DNA from: Bacteroides sp.
Lineage (GTDB): Bacteria > Bacteroidota > Bacteroidia > Bacteroidales > Bacteroidaceae
Assembly: GCA_021202275.1 (NCBI GenBank)
Contig: JAJQDI010000025.1
Location: forward strand, 8,112 to 72,111
DNA length: 64,000 nt
Direction of reading: 5' to 3'
The stretch's first letter is position 1, and every line of letters starts with the position of its first letter. Below are positions 51,294 to 58,865 of this stretch, in pieces. Under the pieces are notes generated by a model. It was not told where the DNA came from. It made no database searches and was given only the letters and a program-made list of their open reading frames with translations. The position numbers were made by a program, and so were the translations under genes.

Positions 51294-51935
51294 ATGGAGT
51301 CAGTTACATTCATTCAATGGTGCTTAGAGCATCTCAATTATTGGACCATCACTCTTTTAATGGCCATCGAAAGTTCTTTCATTCCTTTTCCATCAGAATT
51401 AGTAGTTCCGCCCGCGGCCTACAAAGCAGCAGTAAATGATGAAATGAATATATACTTAGTGGTGTTATTTGCAACCATAGGCGCGGACATAGGAGCCTTA
51501 GTCAATTATTACCTGGCCCTTTTCCTGGGAAGGCCGATCATATACAAATTTGCAAACAGCCGCCTGGGGCACCTCTGTCTGATAGACGAGGCCAAGGTGC
51601 AACATGCCGAACAGTATTTCGAGAAATACGGTGCTTTGTCTACCTTCATCGGCAGGCTCATACCGGCAGTGAGACAACTGATCTCTATCCCGGCGGGTCT
51701 GGCACGTATGAAACTCTCTACCTTCCTGTTCTACACAACACTTGGCGCCGGAATATGGAATTGCATACTGGCAGCTATCGGCTACTATATGTCTACCATA
51801 CCCGGTATAGAGACCGAGGAACAACTGCTGGCAAAGGTGACCGAATACAGCAAAGAGATCGGTTATGTGTTTATCGCAGTAGGTATCTTTATTGTAGGTT
51901 TCTTTATATATAAAGGTACCAGAAAGAGAACGTAA
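51294..51935 (+). CDS. dedA: DedA family membrane protein
   Basis: ESSFIPFPSE, FIGRLIPAVRQLISIPAG. Start 51294. Confidence 0.92.
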   Translation: MESVTFIQWCLEHLNYWTITLLMAIESSFIPFPSELVVPPAAYKAAVNDEMNIYLVVLFATIGADIGALVNYYLALFLGRPIIYKFANSRLGHLCLIDEAKVQHAEQYFEKYGALSTFIGRLIPAVRQLISIPAGLARMKLSTFLFYTTLGAGIWNCILAAIGYYMSTIPGIETEEQLLAKVTEYSKEIGYVFIAVGIFIVGFFIYKGTRKRT

Positions 51936-51994
51936 CGGTCTGAGACAGGTGACAGGTTCCTGCCAAAGACCGAACTCAGCTACCGGTTGCCCAT

Positions 51995-52510
51995 TCAACA
52001 ATTGGCATATCCTTTGATCTGCTCAAGAGCTTTGTCATAATCAGGCTCTTGAGCTATATCAGGAACCATCTCCGTATATACCACTTTTCCTTCTTTATCT
52101 ATAATAACAATGGCACGTGCCAGTAATCCGGCCAGCGGTCCGTCTGCCATCAGCACTCCATACTGTTCGTCAAAATCTGACGGACGAAAATCCGAAAGCG
52201 GTATCACATTCTCTATTCCTTCGGTCGTACAGAAACGTTGCTGAGCAAAAGGCAGGTCTTTGGATATAGCCAATACTACAGTCTCCGGCAACCGGGTAGC
52301 TGCCTGATTAAACTTGCGTACGGAAGTCGCACAGATCGGTGTATCCAGACTCGGGAAAATATTAAGGATCACATACTTGCCTCTGAGATCTTTCAGAGAC
52401 AAAGAAGACATATCCTGCCTGATCAGGGTGAAATCCGGAGCTATGCTGCCCACTGTGATAAATTCCTTGTTCAGATTCACCTGAGTACCTCTTACAGTTG
52501 TTGTTTTCAT
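51995..52510 (-). CDS. tpx: Thiol peroxidase (atypical 2-Cys peroxiredoxin)
   Basis: IFPSLDTPIC, ISKDLPFAQQRFC, LLARA, EPDY. Confidence 0.95.
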   Translation of the reverse strand: MKTTTVRGTQVNLNKEFITVGSIAPDFTLIRQDMSSLSLKDLRGKYVILNIFPSLDTPICATSVRKFNQAATRLPETVVLAISKDLPFAQQRFCTTEGIENVIPLSDFRPSDFDEQYGVLMADGPLAGLLARAIVIIDKEGKVVYTEMVPDIAQEPDYDKALEQIKGYANC

Positions 52511-52571
52511 ATCTTTACATTTTAAGTTTACACGACTTAGTATACAGGAAACAAATATACATTACTTTTTC

Positions 52572-52794
52572 AGAGCCTGTTTACATTTTACTCATTTCTT
52601 TATTTAGTCCTGTTTTTAGGTTGTTTTTCCTTTTCTGAAGCGATAACCAACGGTCGACGCAGTCAATAGCGGGCTATCTGAGCTGAAAAAAGAGGAAAAC
52701 AAACAAAAAGAGGGCTGAAAAAAGGATGAGGGACATCCCTGATAAATCCTGCATGCGTCGACCGTTGGCTCCGCGGAAAATGTAAACAGGCTCT
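52572..52794. mobile_element. MITE copy 2 with perfect 18-bp TIRs
   Basis: AGAGCCTGTTTACATTTT (52572-52589) / AAAATGTAAACAGGCTCT (52777-52794); 223 bp, non-coding. Confidence 0.88.
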
Positions 52795-52925
52795 TATATA
52801 ACGAACAAACCTTTCTTTCAGATGTTCCGCGGTATATTTATTTATATATCTTTTATAGATAATTACAAACTCATCTGTTCCTCCGGCTGTTAATTGCATA
52901 TTCATTTAATCATAATAGCATTTGT

Positions 52926-53525
52926 ATGAGAAAAATTTATGATAACCTGGAATATACCATCAAACATTGGTGGATGTCCCTGTTATTAGGTATCCTTTAC
53001 CTGATTGTGGCGATCTTTCTGATCATTAACCCGTTAAGTAGTTATGTCGCGTTGAGTCTCCTGTTCAGCATCACCATGCTGGTGACTGGAGTTGTAGAGA
53101 TCGTTTTTGCCCTTGGTAACCGTAAACAGATAAGTAGCTGGGGCTGGTACCTGGCAGGAGGTATTATAGACCTTATCCTGGGTGTCTATTTATTGGCTTA
53201 TCCGTGGCTGAGTATGGAAGTCATACCTTTTATTATTGCTTTCTGGCTTATGTTCCGCGGATTCTCTGCCGCAGGTTACTCACTCGACCTCAAACGTTAC
53301 GGTACACGCGAATGGGGATGGTATCTGGCATTTGGTATTCTGGCCATCATCTGTTCCATCATTATTCTGTGGCAACCTCTGATCGGCGCATTGTATGCTG
53401 TATATATGATCGCTTTTACTTTCTTAGCGATCGGAATGTTCCGCATCATGCTCGCGTTCGAACTGAAAGGACTGTATAACCGAAGTAAAGAATCAGATTA
53501 CGTTGTGAAAACAGAAGAAGTCTGA
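52926..53525 (+). CDS. HdeD/DUF308 acid-resistance membrane protein
   Basis: Six hydrophobic helices; HWWMSLLLG, WGWYLAGG. Confidence 0.85.
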   Translation: MRKIYDNLEYTIKHWWMSLLLGILYLIVAIFLIINPLSSYVALSLLFSITMLVTGVVEIVFALGNRKQISSWGWYLAGGIIDLILGVYLLAYPWLSMEVIPFIIAFWLMFRGFSAAGYSLDLKRYGTREWGWYLAFGILAIICSIIILWQPLIGALYAVYMIAFTFLAIGMFRIMLAFELKGLYNRSKESDYVVKTEEV

Positions 53526-53688
53526 CTTTCCCGGGATCAGGGAGTGTGAAAAAGATGTATCCTTTGTACAGGAAATACATCTGCTGTTCTTCTATACAAA
53601 TATTCCTCTGTTGTCGCATATAGCAACAACGGAGGAATATTTTCTTAATCTTCCATCGCCTGATCGTAAACACCTCGTTCTATCCTTG

Positions 53689-55911
53689 CTATTGAAGCAC
53701 AAAGGACAATGTAGAGCGAATATCCGTTGAGGAGGATCCGATATAGGCTTTGAACTTGCCCGGATCTGCCTTCCAGTCGTGAAGGTTTTCATCGAAATAC
53801 ATCAGATCTTTTGGTTCAATGGTGAAAGAAACTACTTTTTCCTCACCGGGCTGCAATTCTATTTTATGAAACCCTTTGAGCTCTTTGACAGGACGGAGTA
53901 CAGCACTTTTTTCCTCTCCGATATACAACTGGATCACCTCTTTTCCGGCAACATTTCCTGTATTGCGCACCGGAACAGTGACTACTATGCGGTCATCAGC
54001 ACTGTGCAGGGTCACCTTATCCGCCTGTGGTTTGCCATAAGCAAACGTCGTATAGCTCAATCCGTGTCCGAATGGGAACAGAGCCGGGATCTTTTTGGTA
54101 TCGTGCCAGCGGTAGCCCACCAGGATATCCTCTTTATAGATCTGTCGGATACTGTCTCCCGGATAGCTCATGTAATCAAAAGCGTGTGCCCCGTTATCAG
54201 ATAACTTCACGGGAAAGGAGAACGGTAATTTTCCACTTGGGTTCACCTTACCGGAAAGGATGTTGGCAATGGAATGGCCACCCTGCGAACCCAGATACCA
54301 GGATTGCACAATGGCAGGAACTTTTTTAATCCACGGCATTTCCACCGCATTCCCACTGATCAGTACCATAACCATATTCTTATTCACCTGCAAGATTTCC
54401 TCGATCAGTTCATTTTGTCCGAAAGGCAATCCGTAAGTGATCCTGTCTCCGGCTTCACAATCCTGTTGATGGTTTTTGTTCAACCCTCCCACATAGATCA
54501 CCAGATCGGCTTCCCGGGCCTGGGCTACGGCATCTGCACGTAACGAATCCATGACAGAAGCCGGGATCTCCTGGATATTACTGTACATGGGGCGGCCGGA
54601 CATATACCCTTTGGCATATACAATTTTATCGCCATAAATCGCCTGAAGACCTGCCAGCGGAGAGATCTCTTCTTTTACTTTCAATTCGGACGATCCTCCT
54701 CCTTTGGTCAGACTACGGGTAGCATTTTCACCGACAACCAGTATACGATCGTATCTGTTGCCATCGATCGGAAGCAAAGGAGAGGTTTTCTTATCCGGAG
54801 CCACATTTTTCAGCAATACGGTTCCCTCTTCTCCTATCCGGCGAGCCACTTCGGCATGTTCTTCCGTAGCAAAAGATCCCCACGGACGCTGGCTGTTCAT
54901 GGTCGTACGGAAAATGAGCCTCAATATCCGGCTGGCTTTGTCATCTATGGTAGACAGGGGCACTTCACCGCTTTTCAGCATATCCAGATAAGAACGAGCT
55001 AGGTAATAATCGTCGTATGTAAACTCCGATTCCGAAGTCAGTCCGTTCGTATACGAGCCCATTTCTATATCCAGTCCATACAAGGCAGCTTCCCGGGTAT
55101 CGTGTGCCCCACCCCAATCGGTAATCACACAACCATCAAATCCCCAGTCCTGCTTCAGGATCTTCTGCAAAAGCAATTCGTTGTGGCAGGCGTGCTGTCC
55201 ACGTACTTTGTTGTAAGCTCCCATGATGCTCCAGGCCCCTCCTTCGTGTACAGAGGCTTTGAAAGCGGGCAGATAGATCTCGTACAACGCACGATCGCTC
55301 AATTCTACATCAATGTGTCCACGCCACAATTCCTGATTGTTCAACGCGTAATGTTTCACACAGGCAGCTACACCATTCTTCTGCATTTCCTGTATATAAG
55401 GGACTACCAATACAGAGGCCAGATGCGGGTCTTCGCCCATGTATTCGAAATTACGTCCGTTCAGTGGCGTACGATAGATGTTGACACCCGGTCCCAGCAA
55501 TACATCCTTGCGCCGGTAGCGCGCCTCCTCTCCTATGGCCATACCATACAAAGCAGACATTTCGGGGTCCCAGGTCGCAGCCAGACAGGTAAGTGCCGGA
55601 AAAGCCGTACAGGAGTCGCTGGTCCATCCGGCATTTCCCCAGGAATCCCACTGGATCTCTTCGCGCACTCCGTGAGGTCCGTCACTCATCCAGAGTTCGG
55701 GGATACCCAGCCGGGGTACTCCGCTGCTACTGAATTTGCTCTGCGCATGGCACAGTTTTACTTTCTCTTCCAGCGTCATACGGCTGAGTGCGTCCTGCAC
55801 ACGTTCTTCAAGGTCTCTGCTCTCATCCAGATATACAGGTTGCTGTGCCCTGACAGGGTTTACCATACAACAAACTGCGAGAGCAAAAAGAATTAGGGTC
55901 TGTTTTTTCAT
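53689..55911 (-). CDS. GH3 beta-glucosidase
   Basis: SDGPHG, GPGVNIYRTPLNGRNFEYMGEDP, KHY, ITDWG, PFGHGLSYTTF, Fn3-like C terminus. Confidence 0.93.
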   Translation of the reverse strand: MKKQTLILFALAVCCMVNPVRAQQPVYLDESRDLEERVQDALSRMTLEEKVKLCHAQSKFSSSGVPRLGIPELWMSDGPHGVREEIQWDSWGNAGWTSDSCTAFPALTCLAATWDPEMSALYGMAIGEEARYRRKDVLLGPGVNIYRTPLNGRNFEYMGEDPHLASVLVVPYIQEMQKNGVAACVKHYALNNQELWRGHIDVELSDRALYEIYLPAFKASVHEGGAWSIMGAYNKVRGQHACHNELLLQKILKQDWGFDGCVITDWGGAHDTREAALYGLDIEMGSYTNGLTSESEFTYDDYYLARSYLDMLKSGEVPLSTIDDKASRILRLIFRTTMNSQRPWGSFATEEHAEVARRIGEEGTVLLKNVAPDKKTSPLLPIDGNRYDRILVVGENATRSLTKGGGSSELKVKEEISPLAGLQAIYGDKIVYAKGYMSGRPMYSNIQEIPASVMDSLRADAVAQAREADLVIYVGGLNKNHQQDCEAGDRITYGLPFGQNELIEEILQVNKNMVMVLISGNAVEMPWIKKVPAIVQSWYLGSQGGHSIANILSGKVNPSGKLPFSFPVKLSDNGAHAFDYMSYPGDSIRQIYKEDILVGYRWHDTKKIPALFPFGHGLSYTTFAYGKPQADKVTLHSADDRIVVTVPVRNTGNVAGKEVIQLYIGEEKSAVLRPVKELKGFHKIELQPGEEKVVSFTIEPKDLMYFDENLHDWKADPGKFKAYIGSSSTDIRSTLSFVLQ

Positions 55912-56043
55912 GTTTATAAAATACAATGATACATTATTAAAAAACTATGATCTATTATTGGGGCTGCCTACAATCGCGCCTTGTAAATGGAGGCTGTATA
56001 TCCCGTCAGTTACAAAGGTTACACCGCGGAGACATAGTTTATA

Positions 56044-56083
56044 TTGGACCTGTACCGCGGAGACGCACGCCGTGCGTCTCTAC
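56044..56083. repeat. REP with one internal unit (half REPIN)
   Basis: TTGGACCTGTACCGCGGAGACGCACGCCGTGCGTCTCTAC, matching 33059-33098. Confidence 0.85.
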
Positions 56084-56114
56084 AAGTGCATAACAACATA
56101 AGAATATACATTTT

Positions 56115-56272
56115 AAATCGTAATTGATTTCATCGACCGTTGGTTCAGTAAATCGTAAATCCCTCCCCGTATTAACAAATAGATGCTCATGTAAATAGAT
56201 TTATACCCGTATTTCAAATCGTAAATCGTAATTGACTTCGTCGACCGTTGGTTCAGTAAATCGTAAATCCCT
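56115..56272 (-). repeat. Tandemly duplicated heptamer arm H9 (two 50-bp copies, 108-bp period)
   Basis: 56115-56164 and 56223-56272 differ at 2 positions. On the - strand the arm starts TGA-AGG-GATTTAC after the GH2 stop. Confidence 0.9.
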
Positions 56273-58780
56273 TCATTTTGCCTGTAAACGAACATCCGCC
56301 TGTTTCAGGTTTGCGGAAGTAGCTGTCAGACGAATGTCTCCGGCATTGCCATCATTCCGGATCACAACCAGGCATTTTCCGTAAAAGGCTTCCCGCTGCG
56401 GAGCTTTGAAGCTCTCTAAGGAAGTCTGGCTTCCGTTGTCCACACCGGCAACAAAACCGGCACCCTGTACATCGAAATGTACCAGATTGTTTGCGTTGGG
56501 ACACAGATTGCCATCCTTATCTAAGATCTCTACCGTTACGAAACTCAGGTCCGTACCATCCGCGTGTATCAGGTCGCGGTCTGCCGTCAGACGGATCTGA
56601 GCGGGTTCGCCTGCCGTATGTATTTCCTGCTCCTTCACCACCTTACCGTTTTTGTGGGAAACAGCTTTGATGCTACCCGGTTGATACTCCACACGCCACC
56701 ACACGTGATAGGTATCCGGTTCTTTGCTTTTGCTGCCCTGAGACACGCCATTCACAAACAACTCCACTTCATCGGCATTGTTGTAATAGGCCCACAGATC
56801 AATGATCTGTCCCGGCTCCCAGTTCCAGTGTGGAAAGAGATGCAAAACCGTCTGATCGGTCCACTCGCTCTGATACATATAATATACATCCTTCGGAAAT
56901 CCGGCCAGATCGATGATACCAAAATAGGAACTGCGCGCCGGATACCAATAAGGAGTTGGCTCTCCCAGATAGTCAAATCCGGTCCAGATATACATCCCGC
57001 TGATGAAATCATGGTTCTTCACCCATTTCCAGCTTTCTTCATGGGTTGTTCCCCAGGGCACATGGCAATTGTCGTACGAAGAGCAGGAATAACTTTCGTC
57101 ATAGAAAGGAATATCCCAGCGCACGGGCCAGATATACATCGAGTCACTGGGCACCCGGTAGTATCCGCGCGTCATCAGCGCCGAGGTAGACTCTGTCACA
57201 ATGAAAGGCATGCCCGGAAAATTCTCAGGGACATTGGCAAAGTCTTTTTCGTGGTAATTAAATCCGATCATGTCCAGTGCGTTGGCCCGGAACAGATGAT
57301 TGCTTGGGCTGGGCTCGTTGTTACCGGTAGTGATGGGGCGTGTAGGGTCCAGTTCCCTTACCATATCCGCGAGTTTTCTGGTGAGCAGGGAGTTCACACT
57401 CATCTCTTCTCCTTCGGCAGCCAATGTACTCGGGTCACGCTTGAAGTTAAGAAGCAGGTTGGCCGACTGTATATCCAGCGTATCGGCATTGGCATCGGTC
57501 CACTGTTCGAGCACCTCGTTACCAATGCTCCACATAAAGATGGAAGCGTGATTGCGATCCCGTTTGATGTGATCGGTCAGATCTCTTTCGTGCCATTCGT
57601 TGAAATAGCGGGAATAGTCGTGAGCCGTCTTTCGTTTGCGCCACATATCGAAAGTCTCATTCTGTACGATAAATCCCATACGGTCGCACAGTTTCAGCAG
57701 TTCGGGAGCAGGCGGATTGTGCGCGCAACGGATGCCGTTGCATCCCATCTCTTTCAGTATTTCCAGTTGCCGTTCCAGTGCCCGTACATTCACAGCAGCT
57801 CCCAGACACCCCAGATCATGGTGCTGGCAGACACCTTTGATCTTCACCGGTTGTCCATTGAGGAAGAAACCTTTGTCCGCGTCAAAATGAAAATCACGGA
57901 CCCCGATCCGCGTGTCGTAATTATCTACCAATTTCCCATCCACCCGTACTTCGGTACGTACGGTATACAGGTAAGGATCTTCCAGGGTCCAGAGTGTCGG
58001 ACGATCGAAAGCGATCTGCTGATGGGTCTCTGCGGCCTCCTCTTTCGTGAGAGACACCTGAGTAGTTACTTTCGCCACACTGCCGCCTGACGCGTTCAGC
58101 AATACGGAAGTCAGCTCTGCCCGCGTGTCTGTCTCTCCGTCGTTTTTCAAAGTTGTAGCGATCTCTACTACGGCCTTTTCCGAGGTAGCTACCGGAGTAG
58201 TGATGTATGTACCCCACAGGTCTACATGCACCGGATCGGTCACCGTCAGCCAGACATTGCGGTAGATGCCGCAACCACTGTACCAGCGGGAGTTGGGTTG
58301 CTCGCTGTTGTCTACCCGCACCGCCAGTACATTCTTCTCACCCGGACGCAGATAAGGGGTCAGATCGTGTCTGAAAGAGATATATCCATAGGGACGTATC
58401 CCCAATGAAGTACCGTTGATAAACACTTCGGCATTCATATAGACACCGTCAAAATCTACAAAGGTCTTCTTACCTGCTGCCGAAGCATCCGGCACAAATG
58501 TCTTCCTGTACCAGCCAATACCCCCGGGAAGTGCTCCTCCTCCGCTGCCGGAAGGATTGTCGGGACTGAAAGAGCCCTCTATGGCCCAGTCGTGAGGCAG
58601 TTGGAGACGACGCCACCCGGAATCATCGAAATCCGCAGACGATGCTTCCGGCACATCTCCCAGATGGAAGGTCCAGTCCGCATTGAAACTCGTGTGTTCT
58701 CTTGCAGACTCACTCCGGACTGCACATCCCGTCAGCAGTCCTGCCAGGCATAACCAAACAAGCAAGGAAATATTCTTCAT
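56273..58780 (-). CDS. GH2 beta-galactosidase
   Basis: Lipobox LLTGC. LPHDWAIE, GVCQHHDLG, NHASIFMWSIGNE, WTGFDYLGEP. Confidence 0.93.
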   Translation of the reverse strand: MKNISLLVWLCLAGLLTGCAVRSESAREHTSFNADWTFHLGDVPEASSADFDDSGWRRLQLPHDWAIEGSFSPDNPSGSGGGALPGGIGWYRKTFVPDASAAGKKTFVDFDGVYMNAEVFINGTSLGIRPYGYISFRHDLTPYLRPGEKNVLAVRVDNSEQPNSRWYSGCGIYRNVWLTVTDPVHVDLWGTYITTPVATSEKAVVEIATTLKNDGETDTRAELTSVLLNASGGSVAKVTTQVSLTKEEAAETHQQIAFDRPTLWTLEDPYLYTVRTEVRVDGKLVDNYDTRIGVRDFHFDADKGFFLNGQPVKIKGVCQHHDLGCLGAAVNVRALERQLEILKEMGCNGIRCAHNPPAPELLKLCDRMGFIVQNETFDMWRKRKTAHDYSRYFNEWHERDLTDHIKRDRNHASIFMWSIGNEVLEQWTDANADTLDIQSANLLLNFKRDPSTLAAEGEEMSVNSLLTRKLADMVRELDPTRPITTGNNEPSPSNHLFRANALDMIGFNYHEKDFANVPENFPGMPFIVTESTSALMTRGYYRVPSDSMYIWPVRWDIPFYDESYSCSSYDNCHVPWGTTHEESWKWVKNHDFISGMYIWTGFDYLGEPTPYWYPARSSYFGIIDLAGFPKDVYYMYQSEWTDQTVLHLFPHWNWEPGQIIDLWAYYNNADEVELFVNGVSQGSKSKEPDTYHVWWRVEYQPGSIKAVSHKNGKVVKEQEIHTAGEPAQIRLTADRDLIHADGTDLSFVTVEILDKDGNLCPNANNLVHFDVQGAGFVAGVDNGSQTSLESFKAPQREAFYGKCLVVIRNDGNAGDIRLTATSANLKQADVRLQAK

Positions 58781-58865
58781 AGTACCCAGAATGATCGAAA
58801 ACCGCACAACCTCTCCGTCCTCACTCAGGCGATACAGGCTGTGCGGTCTTTCATAAACGTAATAT

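Noticed and set aside
56564-58090. 508-aa ORF on the + strand, and other long antisense ORFs (e.g. 16274-17416, 4294-5232, 59556-60467)
   Set aside because: Shadow frames opposite well-supported genes, with no recognisable motifs.
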